Source of the DNA: Carcharhinus amblyrhynchos
Lineage: Eukaryota
Length of the DNA stretch: 64,000 nt
Direction of reading: 5' to 3'
Assembly: GCA_965287045.1 (NCBI GenBank)
Contig: OZ336895.1
Coordinates: forward strand, 35,526,001 to 35,590,000
Shown here: positions 24,960-38,742 of the stretch, in pieces
Position numbering within the stretch: position 1 is the first letter of the stretch
Layout: each line of letters opens with the position of its first letter
The notes under the pieces: model-generated
What the model saw: only the letters and a program-made list of their open reading frames with translations
Told to the model about the DNA's origin: nothing
The model's database searches: none
Position numbers and translations under genes: made by a program

Positions 24960-26970
24960 TCACGTTTTAAGCTTAGATAAGGAAATTTATGAAGGCATGA
25001 AAGCAGAGTTGTCTAAAGTGAATTGGCTAATTAGATTAAGGAATAAGTCAAGAGAGATTCAGCAGCAGATATTTAAGACTGAAATTTCAGAATGTACAGA
25101 ATATATATGTTCCAATGAGTGAGGAAAAAGGCCATGGAACAGACCTTCTATCCATAGATAACTAGAGAAGTAAAAGATAGCATCAAACTTAAAGGAAAAG
25201 CATACAACTGTGAAATAGCAGGTCACAAGATTGGACAGAATATAAGGAATGGCAAAGGCTAACGAAAAGATTAATGAGGAGGGAAAATTTAAAGTATGAG
25301 AGAAAGCCAGCTAGAAATGCAGAAGGAGATAAGAGATTTTATAAATAATTTAAAAAGGGTTGGTCCTACAGAGGGACTCTGGAGAATAGGTACTGAAAAA
25401 CAAAGATGGCAGATGACTTTGCATCAGCCTTCACTATAGAGGACACACATAACTTTCCAGAAGCAGCTAAAAACCAGGAGGGAGGAAGGAACTCAGAAAA
25501 ATTATAGTCACCAGAGACATGGAACAGAATAAATTGTGGGAGCTGTGGGTTCATCTTTGTATCTTAAGAGGTGTCTAATAAGATAGTTGATGTATTGGTT
25601 TTAATTTTCCAAAACTCCCTAGATTTGGGGAAGATGCCATTAGATTGGAAGAAAGCAAATATATTTAGTCAAAAAGAGAGGAAGACAGAAAACAGGAAAC
25701 TACAGCCCAGTTAGCCTAACATCTGCTGTAAGAAAATGTTAGAAGCTATTATTAAATAAATTATAGAAGGGCGCTTGGATAAGTTCAAGATAATTAGGCA
25801 GAGTCAACATGGTTTAAACAAGAGAAGTCATGTTTAACCAATATATTGGAGTCTTTTGAGGAAGTAATGTGCTGTGGATAAAAGGAACCAATGGATATAC
25901 TGTAGATTTCCAGAAGGCACCTGATAATGTGCCATATCAAAGGTTATGGTGGAGAATAAAAGCTCATATTATAGGGGGTAACATATTTGCACAAGTAGAA
26001 GATTGGTCGGCTAACAGGAAGCATAGTAGGCATAAATGGGTCTTTTTCATGTCAGCAATATACAATGAACGATGTGCCACAGGAAGCAGTGCTGGGAACT
26101 CAACTGTTTACAATTTATATAAATTACTTGGATGAAAGGATTGAAGGGATGGTTGCTAAATTTGCTAATGGCACAAAGATAGGTTTAACAGTATGTTGCA
26201 AAGAGGACACAGACTACAAAAATATATAGATAGGTTAAATGAGATGGAAAGGATCTGGCAAATAAGAGTATAAAAATGTGAAATTTTGGCAAGAATAAAA
26301 AAACATACTATTAAAAACAGTGAAATTGCAGAACTCTGGAGTGCAGAGATCTGGATGTCCCAGTGCGTGAATCACAAAGACAAGAATGCAGATACAGCAA
26401 GTAATTTGGAAAGAAAATAGAGTATTATTGCAAGGGGAATTGAATGCAAAAGTAGAGAGGTTATGCTTCAGTTGTACAAGGCACTAGGGAGACCACATTT
26501 GGAGTACTGTGTACAGTACTGGTCACCTTATTTAAGATGGAAACTGCATTGGAAGCAGTTTAGATAAGATTTACCAGACCAATATGTGGAATGGATGGGT
26601 TGTCTTGCAAGAAAAGGCTGAACAGACTAGGCTTGTATCAGTTAGAGATTAGAAGCACAAGAGGCAACTTGCTTGAAACATAACATGATCCTGAGGGGTC
26701 TTGACAGGGTGGATACGGGCAGGATGTTTCCTCTTCTGGGAGAATCAGGATTAGGGATTAATGTTTAAAGATAAAGAGTTGCCCATTAAAAATAGAGATG
26801 ATGAGAAACGTTTTCACTCAGGGTCACGAGTTTATGAAAAATGTGGTGGAAGCAAAGTCATTGAATATTTTTATAGCAGAGGTGAATAGATCCTTGCTAA
26901 GCAAGGGGGTGGTAGGTTATCAAGAGGAGGCAAAGTACAGATTTGAGGTTACTATCAATTCAGCCATTAT
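24960..26970 (+). mobile_element. CR1/HER1 LINE ORF2 (RT) to 3' UTR, decayed
   Basis: YEGMKAELSKVNW, GNYSPVSLTS, QSQHGL, VDFQKAPDNVPYQRL, AKFANGTK, RPHLEYCVQYWSPY; its 3' UTR resumes at about 27718-27775. Confidence 0.9.
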
Positions 26971-27718
26971 TATTACCCGAATGGCTGTAAATTGGGAGAG
27001 GGGAATGTGCAGTGGGACCTGGGTGTCCATGAGCACCAGTTGCTGGAGGTAAGCAAGCAGGTGCAGCAGGCGGTAAAGAAGGCAAATCGTATGTTGGCCT
27101 TCATTGCGAGAGGTTTCAAGTACAAGGGCAGAGATGTGTTGTTGCAATTCTAAGGACCTTGGTGAGGCCACACCTAGAATATTGTGTACAGTTTTGGTTT
27201 CCTTTCCTGAGGAAGGATGTTCTTGCTTTCGAGGGAGTGCAGCGAAGGTTTACCAGGCTGATTCTAGGGATGGTGAGACTGATGTATGAAGAGCCATTGA
27301 CTAGGTCAGGATTGTTTTCACTGGAGTTCAGATGAATGAAGGGGGTTCTCATAGAGGCTTATAAAATTTTAACAGGACTAGACAGGTAGATGCGAGAGGA
27401 TGTTCTTGATATTGGGGAAGAAAAGAACCAGAGGTCACAGTCTGAGGATTCAGGGTAGGCCATTTAGGATGGAGGTGAGGAGACATTTCTTCACCCAAAA
27501 GTGGTACGCCTGTGGAATTCATTAACATAGGAAGTAGTTGATGTTAAAGCATTGAATGTATTCAAGAGGCAGCTAAACATAGCACTTGGAGTAAATGGGA
27601 TCAAAGGTTTATATGGAAAAAGCAGGGTTAGACTGTTGAGTTGGACAATCAGCCATGATCGTGATGAATGACGGAGCAGGCTTGAAGGGCCAAATGGCCT
27701 CCTCCTCCTATCTTCTAT
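26971..27718 (+). mobile_element. Second CR1 3' fragment nested in the 3' UTR of the preceding CR1
   Basis: Restarts at the RT C-terminus (gggacctgggtgtcc..., RPHLEYCVQFW) and ends cctcctcctatcttctatg. Confidence 0.85.
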
Positions 27719-27819
27719 GACTGTATTAAATGGCAGAGCAGGCTCAAGAGACTGAATGGCCTTCCTGCTCCTTGATGGTATATTCATATGTACATATTTT
27801 GTTTCTAAGAATTCCAGAA

Positions 27820-28165
27820 TTCATAATCTAGGTTGACATTCCAGCACAGCATTAAAATAGTACTGCATGGTGGTAGTACTGCTAACAGGTGAGAAATTAA
27901 ATGAAGATTCTTCTACCTTGCTTCAATCCCATGCAACTGGAAGAGAAGCAAAGTGTTCTCCTCCTGTGCTAACTAATGTTACTCTCGCAACTGATGTATT
28001 AAAGAAAGATTTGTTCATCTCACGTTTGTTGTGTGGTGTTACTGATGTTACCCATATACCAACAGCCACCACACTCCAAAAGTAATTTGTGGTGTGAAGC
28101 TTTGGGATATTTCAATTATGTGATAAAATACCAAGAAAATACAAGTATTTCTTTCTCTGGGGAAA
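27820..28165 (+). mobile_element. Deu-domain SINE (SacSINE1/AmnSINE1-like), decayed
   Basis: atctaggttgacattccagcacagc...atcccatgca...gaagagaagc...acactccaaaagtaattt...gtgaagctttgggat; homologous to 48495-48930. Confidence 0.55.
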
Positions 28166-31100
28166 AAGGGATGACATGAAAATGAATCAGGATTCTGGAT
28201 TGTATGCAACTATACAAGAAACAAAAAGCACATGGAGATAAAATTGGATGCAGCCAGGACGTGGAAGATTCAGCCTTGTATTTTGAGAGCGCGCAGGAAA
28301 AATTTGAAAAAAATGGAATATCCATACCTCAGTGCTTACTCTATCAGCCTAATGATAGGTAACTCAACATTTGAACTTGCGGGTGCAAGGGACTACACTG
28401 CATTGGACAAAATGTTCTGATGAGAAGACTCTTGCAGAGGGAGGAGAAGCAATGTGCGTGATTGTTCTGACTGTATGGTATGTACATTCTTTGGAAAGTG
28501 GTGTAATTTTGTGATACAGCAAAGGAGCTCCTGCATGCCTCAGAGGTCAGGCTTAAACGCTAGAACTTCAATGTGTTTTGCTAATGCTCTCTTTGAGATC
28601 AGCTATCCGAGTCACTCCAGTGTTGCTGACGGTGAAATCTGGAGTTGAGCATATCCAATTCAGCAGTCCATCCAGCATTGCCGACATCATTGCCAAGTCA
28701 GGGAATTAAATATTTTGCAGTAGAAGAGTTTTTATGGAGGTGAGTAAGCTCAATCAAAGTCAATCTTTCCTGACAGGATCACTGGGTTGGCTTTTTACTG
28801 CAAAGATATTACACCACTTTTTTTTTTCTGTATCAATCCCAAATGAGTCAGTCCTGGCTATGTAAACCTGAATGAACTGTATTTTTAATGTATTTAATGC
28901 TACTGCACAAACTATTCTGCAAATATTCCAGTAGCCTTGCTTCTCTGCTCTCCAATGAGATTTCATCGTGTCAAAATTATACGAACAGATTTAAAGATCA
29001 TTTCCAATTATGTGAAGGTGTCAAACTCTGTCTTTTGGCAATGTAGAACAAAATTCAATTCAAAAGCAATCTCACTTTAATCAAAAGTTTGTTGTGAATG
29101 TTACAAGCAGACAATAAATGTCCTTCCATCAATTATAGAAGGACTCGTGCTTAGGTATCACCACTTCCATTTATAAAATAAATCAAAATGGAAATAGTCA
29201 TAAACTCCAGGAAATAGGCAGGCTTTAGAAAGTCAGAATTAGTGACATTTCCTATATTTGATCCATTTTCCTTTCAAAAAATCACTCTGCGACATCCTTA
29301 AGACACCTTTCGTTGGTCAGAAAATGTATGCCTTCCATCAACAGATTGCTGGTTGTTTTATTCATTTTTTTTCGGATGGTTCTACTTACAAACAACAATT
29401 TACAATCATACAGTTTAAGGTAAAAAGTATTCCCAGGCACTTTGCAGTGGCACAAGGAAAAAGCTAGATGCTGCACCAAAGGCATGATCAAATGTTTGAA
29501 GGTGAATTTTAGCAGGAGAGGGAGGTGGCGAGAAGACAGGTTTTTGATTGTAAATTTTAGAGTGTGGAACATAGTCAGTTGAACTCTTTCACAGGGGAAG
29601 GCCAAAGGGAGAGCATGATGTGTACATGATGTGAACGAGAAGAACTGAGATCTCAAAACGAACAAAAATACTGAGGGACATAAATAACAAGGGTCAAGGC
29701 CATGGTGAGGAAGGAAAGTGGTTTAAACACAATAATTAGAATATTACATTTGAGATTCTAGTTGGATCGGAGAAAGGCAAATTGAATTTGGTGCAGTGGA
29801 CAATAAGGGGAGCAGGCTTTTAGGTGAGCTGAGGGAGTTCGATGGGTTGAATGGGAGACCACCCAGGAAAATATATAAAAATAAATAATTCTAGAGTGCC
29901 AAAGGTAAGGCTAAGGGTGGCTGAGGAAGAGATGGAGATGGGCAATGTAACAAAGCCTGGATGAAAGTGGCTTTCTTAAGATGTAACAATAGGTTCAGGG
30001 GCAATCATCTAGGAAATGGACGCTGGAGGTGAATTAATGATTTGCAATGACAAAAGTTATTTGCCTCATTGTAATTTGACACTGTTCCTTCACATACTAA
30101 GGTCTCACCGCATTGGGTATCAGTGCAGTAACAAGCACTTTCAAGGCCAGGAATGGAAGTGGAAGACATAAGTTTGTTAGTAAATAAACCAACAGTAGGT
30201 TGTAGCACTAAAATATTTAAAAGTTAAATTAATGTCAATTTTAAAAACCATTTTTATTTGAGCACAGAAGGCTCGTGACATCTGGAGACTAGCTTGGAGA
30301 AACTATTAATTAACACTAAATTATCAATAAAGTCATTAACACAAGGCACTTGAGTGTTTCATTTTGTAATCTCAAATATGGTTCTTCGCACAATTGGGCT
30401 CAGTAACTCCTCCTGTTGATATAATTGTGTGCTTGCATCTTTAAAAAATTGCTCTTTTTCTGACTATCTGCAGGCTTAAAAGGCGAAGAAGAATTATTGT
30501 AATTCTCTTCAGTAGTTTCAAATAGGAATTCTGGTAGTGAGGCACCCACGTGTTAGTCAAACAAGCATTGATAAAAAGACAGTTTAATTACAAGAGATAC
30601 TCAGTGCTGTGAAGAAAATTAACTCGCGCATTGGTCCCAATACTGTCATTTGTAAATAAAATTGGATTGTAGGCAAAGATTAACATGAAAAACTGTAAAT
30701 GCTAAAAATTAGCAGCAGGTTTCTCTGCTTCTGAGAACAGACGAGGGAGTTTAGCTTTTTGCAGGGAGACCATTTAACAGACCCACTCTGCATTTCCAGC
30801 ATTTTCTGTGAGACTCGTACTCTATCCCCCGTGGTCACAAAACTGCAGACAGGACTCTGACTGTATATACCCTTGTCTGAAATTCGTCAAGGTTAAAGGT
30901 AAAATCTGGAGTTCAATCTGTTGAGTGTGTTTCAACAGTCAAGTGATTGAGTTTGAACCAGTCATATACACACTGGCAACTATTCTCTAGGTATTTATCT
31001 AAGGTTAAAAACTACAGTTAATTGTTAATCCTTTGCTATGATTAGTAATGGTTGAGAGGAGTTATGAAATAAAACCAGAAGTCCTTTAGCGTTTACCAAA

Positions 31101-34100
31101 TAAATTACCTAATATACATTACTGATAAAGAAGATGGTCATTAACAGCCTTTCACAGAGATTTTCTGAAATGCCTGGGAACAGGTGATGAGTTTGCAGGA
31201 GGTGGCTGGTTAATGTTGTTCTGCTGCTGAGCTTTGTACATTCACCTTTATTTAACTTTCCACTTTTACATCATTTAAAATCCCTGACACACTCATTAAC
31301 ATCTGTTCTTTCCAACAAACAGATGAGCTGCTAAATAGGTAAAGGTCACCTGCCAAGGGGTTCATAATCTAGCATCCCCATTGATCCTACACTAGACCAA
31401 GCAAGGCTGCCAATTCCAGCTTTCAGAAGAAGTGAAAAGACACCAGCTTCATTAGAAGATGCTGAGTGGCTTCCTTTTTCATCTGATTGACAAAAATACA
31501 ACTCTGCAGAAATTATGCTCTTTCTTTGAACAAAACAACTGTTCGCTCACTGTCAAGTACCAAATAGCGAAATCTTCATTTCTAAGCTACATCGACCAAA
31601 ATTCGAAGTTACCACCCAATGATTATTTCAACTGTGACGCCTGTGGCTGAACTACAAATGCCCCACAGACTACGCTCACCATCAGTACAGCATTCTTACA
31701 GCAAATGCACAGGGATGCATTCAGAACTCTCAGTTGAGATATATGCAAGATGCTTCCCATGAAGCACTAGAAGGCTTCATTTAACTGTTCTAGAACTACT
31801 CGCTCTGACAAGTAGTCAATGTCTGCTCAGTTTTCCTGGAATTCAAAAGACATGCACTAGAATCTCTTTTGGAGAGAAAAATAAAATCTACCTGGAGTTC
31901 CAACACTTAACCGCACCTACACAGAAATACATAAGAAATGAGCAATGTGAATAATACTCATTCTCACAGAAATAAAAAGTGCATTTTGAAATTGCTTCCA
32001 TCAATAAATGGTAATACCTACAACTACAGATGAAAAGGAATTCAACAATACAGCTTAAAAGGTGCTAAAGTAGCAGACAGAAATATGAGCTGAACTTAGT
32101 TGTACATTCAATCCCACCAAACAACCATTGTAGAAATGCAAGGTCCATACTAAATATGACAAAGACAAATCAGTAAGCATTGATTAGATCAAGAGAACCT
32201 GAAGATTACAGAATATTCATCCAGTCTGAAAAGAAACTCAAGTGCATTTAGCATAGATCAAGGCATACAAGTCAACCATTCAAACTGGAGAACTCCTTCT
32301 AAAAGCTGGGGTTGACTTACATGCCAAGCATAAAGTGTGAATTACCAATACTGTTGTAGGTGGTTGGCATTTTGAAAGTGAAACATCTGTTGGACAGTTG
32401 CTGTGGGCAACCTGCTGTGTTTTCTAAACTCACGTACACCTACATTGGCAATACAGTTCACATCGCCTGTCTGATCCAAGTCACTGACTTATCAGGTAAG
32501 TGTAACCTAAATATGTATTTCTGAGCTGATTATTGAGGTTGAATTCTAATGACAGTACAGCCCTGAACATGCATTTATTAGATGAAAAATAGGGCATCTA
32601 CTTAAACCCCTGATGTTGACCTAAACACGCATTCTGGCCTAAAACATGGATCATCTCATTTGCTGGGATCATCTCGTATGCATGATCGACTTATGTGCCA
32701 TTATCTATAGTGATACCTCCAAACTAATTAAAGTATTTGTATTTCAAATGCTTGATGCCAGAAGTCACTGAAAGTTCAACTAAATCCCTCGCCATCTTTC
32801 AGGTGATGAATTTAATTCACAGTGCATAGTACATGCAGCTACAATTTGCTGCTTACTTTGAAATGAGCCAAGATTTTTACTGAGAGCAAGTCCCTTATGT
32901 TTGTTCACTGCTGTAGACAAATCAGTGTTTGACAAGCAAAGTAGTAAACATCGTCATGTGTTTCACAAGCTGTTATCCATTCTTCCAGTCTGAGGTGTTG
33001 CCCAATCCATCATGCTATAAGATCAATCGATATAGTGTTAAGTAAGAGTATCTAGGGATATGGAGCAAAGGTAGGTAAATGGATTTGAGGTATGAATCAG
33101 CCGTGATCTAAGTGAATGGCAGAATAGCTCAAGGGGTGGAATAGCTATTCCTGATTTATCACTTTGTTGTTTTTTCCAAAGGAAACTTGTGAAAAGTTAC
33201 TTGTAAGGACCCTCAAGATAACTCCTATGCTGAGGTGCCGCATACAGAAATCACCCCTGGATGCAACCATTGACACGGTTCCATTCTTAAACTAGTATGT
33301 TATCTTTAAATGATCATAATTGGTGGTTTAATACCTTGCAGACTGCAGTACAACAATCTAACCTTTCCATTAACCGATCACCCAGAAATTGTGGAAATCC
33401 TTTTTTTATAAAGAGTGCACTTCTACACAGTGCACTGACTTGAAGGCACCTTTCTTTGTCCGTATCGACATAGAGTTACTTTATCTAAACCAGATCAGCA
33501 CTGGAGCAGTTACAATTGACCCCAGCTGCCACGTTAAGTAGGTAAAACCAGGTCAAGTTTTCCACTCCTGATCATAATCCAGTGATTTTTGATGGGAAGT
33601 GTGCTTCACGTGGCTAAGAGGCAAGTGTAACTGCTGGTATTTGCTCTCTCAGGTCATCTGGGTGAGGCTTCTGCCCGAGGAACTGAACACCCACTAATTA
33701 GAGAAAAGTGGAGGCTATTGAAAGAAAGAAATATGCAAAGGAATGGGACCACTGATTCAACGTTAGTAAATTGTTAAAGCACAAAAACAAACTGTTCAGT
33801 CCATCAAATCTTTGTTTTTTTACCAGCAGCCAGTTTAATCCGCCATTCCTCATAATCTTCTCTTTCAAACAGATGTCAGTTTTTAAAAAATATATTTCTC
33901 AGCTTATGTCCGACAACAGTGACAGAATCCCATATTTATCACCCCTCTGTGCATTTGAGCTTTAAGCTGTAAGAACCTGCAGCCAACTGAAAAAAGGTTT
34001 CAACTTGCACTCTGCACACACTCACTCAATTGTGAAAAATGACATTAAGTAAAAATGAGTTTGTGCAGTCTCAACTTATTGCCATTAAGCCTAGATCCAG

Positions 34101-34769
34101 AGCAAGAAACTTTCCAGCAATTTATCAGAAGTTAGCACTAAGCTGGCAATCTCATTCAGGCACACTGCAACGATTGCAAGTGATGGAAATATAAAGACAC
34201 AATTTGGTGCAGGATGGGGTGCTTTTATGAGATTAGGGGTGCATTGAAGGCAGGACAGGCAGAACTTTATTCTGAAGCTGATGACATTAGAACTGGCCCA
34301 GAGGTGTGGTGCTAACTCTCGGTAATAGAAATGGAAAAATGTTCCCCTGTCCACCACCATCAATCAGCACAAATACTTTTTTAATCCCATTTTCTGATTA
34401 CCAAATGGTCACATTTCTCCAATTTGCTTTTATTTTAGTGCTACTAACATTGCAGCAGTTCTCTGCCCCACTAGATAATAGTTTGAGCCATGGTTCTCTG
34501 TTAATCATCAGCTAGTGTGGCTCAGAAGCCCCTCTCTGCCACGTTTATTGCTGAGGAAGACAGTGGGCTGAGAAGGTGCACAATTCCCCAGTCTCTATCT
34601 TCTCTGGGCCCTCTTAGCCAACTGTGCTGTTTGTTTCTGCTAACCTCTTCTATTGCTGTTCTGCGGATCAGAGACATCACAGCAATAGTCTCACAATTGT
34701 CAGTACAATGGGTGGGGTGCTTCCATTTTGAGACACTTTTTATTGCGCTCATCTTGAAGTCTAATCTGT

Positions 34770-35328
34770 CACCAACACTATGGTTAAGAAAGCTCACCAG
34801 TGCCTCTACTTTTTCAGAAAGCTAAGGAGATTTGGCATGTTCACGACGACTCTCACCAATTTTGTCAAATACACCATAGAAGGCATTCTATCTGGTTGTA
34901 CTACAGCTTGGTATGGTTCCTGCTCTGTCCAAAACCAGAATTCCCTATAAACGGTCATGAACAAAACCCAGTCTATCATGCAAACCATCCTCCCATCCAC
35001 TGTCTATGCTTCCTGCACTCAGAAAAGCAGCTAGCATAATCAAGGATCCCACACACCCCAGATATACTCTCTTCTGTCAGGAAAAAGTTACAAAAATCCG
35101 AGGTCATGTACCAACTGACTCAAGAACAGCTTCCTCCCTGCTGCCACCAGACTTTTGAATGGGCCTACCCCATTAAGTTGAACTTTCTCTACCCCTAGCT
35201 ATGACTACAACACTGCATTTTGCACTCTCTTCTTTCCTTCTCTATTACAGTATGCTTTGCCTGTAGGGCACGCAAGAAACAATACTTCCTATTATATATA
35301 CATGTGACAATAATAAATCAAATCAAAG
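34770..35328 (+). mobile_element. Rex/Babar LINE 3' fragment
   Basis: KKAHQCLYFFRKLRRFGMFTTTLTNFVKYTIEGILSGCTTAWYGSCS; same 3' UTR and tail as 21915-22330. Confidence 0.9.
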
Positions 35329-35899
35329 CAAAGTCTCTTGCTAACTGATCTCCAGAAAAGCATTGGAAGCGGTTAGCAGGAAGGAAAAGCTCAGCTGGTT
35401 GAGAAGAGGGCCCAGAGAAGATACAGACTAGGGAATTGTGCATCTTCTCAGCCAACTGTCTTCCTCTGCAACAAATGCATAAAGATCTGTCTTGTACATA
35501 TCATTCTTCAGCAATCAGATTTAATGCTGATGTAATTTCATGCTGGCGTGATGCAAGACAAGACGACCTGACAGGATGCCAGCACACAGTTGTATTATTG
35601 AGCATTCTTGAGCGCAAATGAATCCAAATGGCATTTGTGCCACCTGTCAGCAGGGTAACGCATCTACCGTTGGGAGAATCACAATATAACTTTATGCCAA
35701 CAGACTTCTGACTTTTTGGCCCTTGCCAGATTGTCTGCGCCTATCCACTACCAAACCTACCCCATGGACAGATTGTGAAAATTCCACTCAATGTTTGCCA
35801 GCTTCAAATCTCATCTTTGGTGTTTGTAACAGAGGTATGGAAGCCAAGGCTATTGTGACCTTGTGGCCAGTTCACCAATAAAACATTCTTTGAGTATAC

Positions 35900-36780
35900 T
35901 GCCACCATTTTACTGTGGCCAAGCCAGGGCAGGCATTGTTGGCTTACTAATGAGTGTCTGCTGATGTCATTAGCCTGCTAGAGGACCTCCATTGGTGGAG
36001 ATAATGAAGGTTAATTTGAAACAGCAATGGTAGCCTTTTCTCCTGCTTAGCAAATGCTGCCCAGGTCTCATCGCTGTAGGGCAGTATACTGAAGATGCAG
36101 GCTTGATAGACTCTCAGTTTGGTGTTCTCAGTCAGACTGCTGTTATTCCAAACTCTCTATCAGCTTGGACAGAACTTATGCAGCTTTTGTGACTTGTTTA
36201 TTCCAGCATCAAGTGATGGATTGCTGGTGATTGTTGAGCTTAGATATATGAAGCTATCAACAACCTCCAATTTCACATTGTCAATGGTGATAGATGGTGG
36301 TATGGCAACATCCTGGACTATGACATTTGTCTTCCTGATGTTAATGATAAAACCAAACTCTTCACAGGCGTGTCAGCATCTGCTCATCTGTCAGTGCAGG
36401 TGCTCCTCAGTATGGATTGCTCGTGGAGCATCGCCAGTGTGCATAGCAACTGTCTGAGATGGACTTGCCACATTTTTGCCCTGGATCTCAGGCGAGAAAG
36501 GCTGAACAGCTTTGTGGCAGCAGTTCTGGTATGAAAGCAGCCACCCTTTGTAAATAACCTAAAGGCACATCACAGCAGCAAAGGGAGGAACATGCTGAAG
36601 AGTGTCAGTGCCAGAACACAAACCTGTGGATTCTAATTTTGGCCTATCGTAGCTGGACCTTACCCATCATGTTGTCATGGTGAGAGATCGCACCAAAAGG
36701 CTTTGGCAAGCAGCCAATTTTAAAGAGCAGCTTAAATAGACCCTTCATCCGAGTGTTCAGAATGGGCATGAATGGGCTTC
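35900..36780 (-). mobile_element. RTE-clade LINE RT fragment
   Basis: Minus strand RVWNNSSLTENTKLRVYQACIFSILPYSDETW, LEVVDSFIYLSSTITSNPSLDAGI, GLFKLLFKIGC...HHDNMMGKV. Confidence 0.85.
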
Positions 36781-38381
36781 CAAAGTGCTGAAACTTATGT
36801 TCTACAAAATTGATCTCCAAGAAAAACATAACAGCAAGTCAGAGAGAGTGATTGCTTCTGCTCAAATTGCAGTTCAATAGTTCCACTGACTAGTCTGTCA
36901 TCTTCAAATATCAACATCACCACATGTTGGTGTCGTGTAATATGAGAATTGACATTTTGTTGTTCAAGTGCTCTTTGTCTTGAGAGTTAGATGATTATAT
37001 TTCTACTAAAATTACTTGCTATCCTTTCACTAAAGTAATCTTTAATCACCATCATTGACTAGTGGAAGGCATCTATGGAGCTTACATTGTCCACATCCCA
37101 AACATCAAAGTAAAGCAAATAAATATCTCCCTAAAGTCTATTTGGCTTTAGTCACCACTCCCGCCTTCAGCAACACAAGAGTTCCATCTGCTCTCCCTCC
37201 TTCAATGCCACTTTTATTTGCATCTCTCTTGCAATAATCTTGTTACCCTATCTCGAACTAACATCTTCCTCACTGTGTGGAAGCCACTGTCTGATCAACA
37301 TGAACCGATATCACCTCATTCAATTGTTCCTGAAACTACGAAGTCCAAAATACTATGCTTCTCACATTTTACCAGTGTCAGGAGGATAACATAAGATCAG
37401 TAGTGAACCAAATCATCTTGCTTGTTATAAACAAGATTCATGTTAAGAGTTACTGTTCACTGCCTGTGAAGCTGAATCACATTCCAGCTCACTCCATGGT
37501 CTTTGTTTTGCCCACGCAGCGACAAGCCCTCGGTGCCAATCTTTATAAAACATAGACAGTTTCCACAGATGTGGATAATTGGTTAATTACAACAATTAAA
37601 ACACAATCTCTTCAACGCAATGCATTTCTCTAATCAAGTTTCTGCACATCTACATCACAGAGCTGCGCAAATACCTTCTTCTGGCCAATAACCAGGGTGA
37701 TTTCCACATGGTTGCTTTTTATTCATCTCACATTAAGTTAATTTTAAACCCTAATTTTAAACAGATTTTAAATTTGCATAATTTAACATCAATTCTAGGA
37801 ACAGCATTTAGAAATGTCAATTTTATTGAATGAATAAATGCTTTCCGTGTCACTGTGCAAGTGTTATCTTTCAAAGGGAAACCTCAGTAAGACAGTGCAA
37901 CATTTCATCTTTACACTTTTCTTTTGTGCCAAAATCCCATTTCTCAGGCAACTATTCAAAGGGAACCAAGGAGAGCCATTTTGATGGAACAGCAAGTACT
38001 ACTTGGCTAATCACGAAGAGGATAATCCTCCCTCTGTTGGCACTGAATGGAAAAATAACTGAATGTTTCGACTTAAGTTTGGAGCTTTCCATTCAATTTT
38101 AAAGCATGGACGTACACTTTCTCAAATGGATTAGAGCTGCAAAATTTCCCTAGTCCCAGTCACGTTTTCAGGGCTGCATGTCAGGATTCATGGCAATTAT
38201 CATTTGTTAGATGTTTTGTATGCAATGTTAATATGCCAACTGATAAGGCACTCCTTTGTTTGAGTAAAAAGTTACAACTTGTATAAGATGGCAAAGCATG
38301 GGTAATCACCAAGCAAACAGAGTTCAGATCAGTGCAGTGTATTATACCAGCAACAGGAATTTAGGAGAGGATTTTCTTTAC

Positions 38382-38560
38382 CTGGTAGTAGGGATAGAAG
38401 AGTGTACAAATTGCACAGTAGGGCTCAGTCAGAGCAGCGGATGCATTAAACCTCCTTTCAGCCAAGAAGTTGTGTGATCGACTTTGCCAAAGGTGGGTGA
38501 ATGGTGCCTTCCAGGCCTCTGGTTCAGTCTGATCTTCCTCACCGGAGAAAACAAGCATTT
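38382..38560 (-). CDS. KDM4B: KDM4B internal coding exon, 179 nt, phase 1 to phase 0; start of PHD1 (CAIC)
   Basis: Acceptor ctttctcctcatag|AA ATG and donor TACCAG|gtaaag. Translation (E)[59 protein letters not shown]; [13 protein letters not shown] is characteristic of KDM4B. Confidence 0.96.
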
Positions 38561-38687
38561 CTATGAGGAGAAAGGTGCAGCAAATTTAACATTAGTATGC
38601 CAACCACACCAGCTTTCATAAATCACTGCTAGCATCCAGTTTCCAAAATGATAACGGTCATTTGTCAACATTCTCAGTCACTGAGGG

Positions 38688-38742
38688 TGTAATGCAACGA
38701 ACATGTAATGCAACGAACATGTAATGCAACGAACATGTAATG
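38688..38742. repeat. 16-bp tandem repeat (TGTAATGCAACGAACA) x3.4
   Basis: Three perfect units plus a 7-nt partial unit. Confidence 0.95.

Noticed and set aside
38688-38742. CRISPR-like array
   Set aside because: Head-to-tail repeats with no spacers, in a vertebrate intron.
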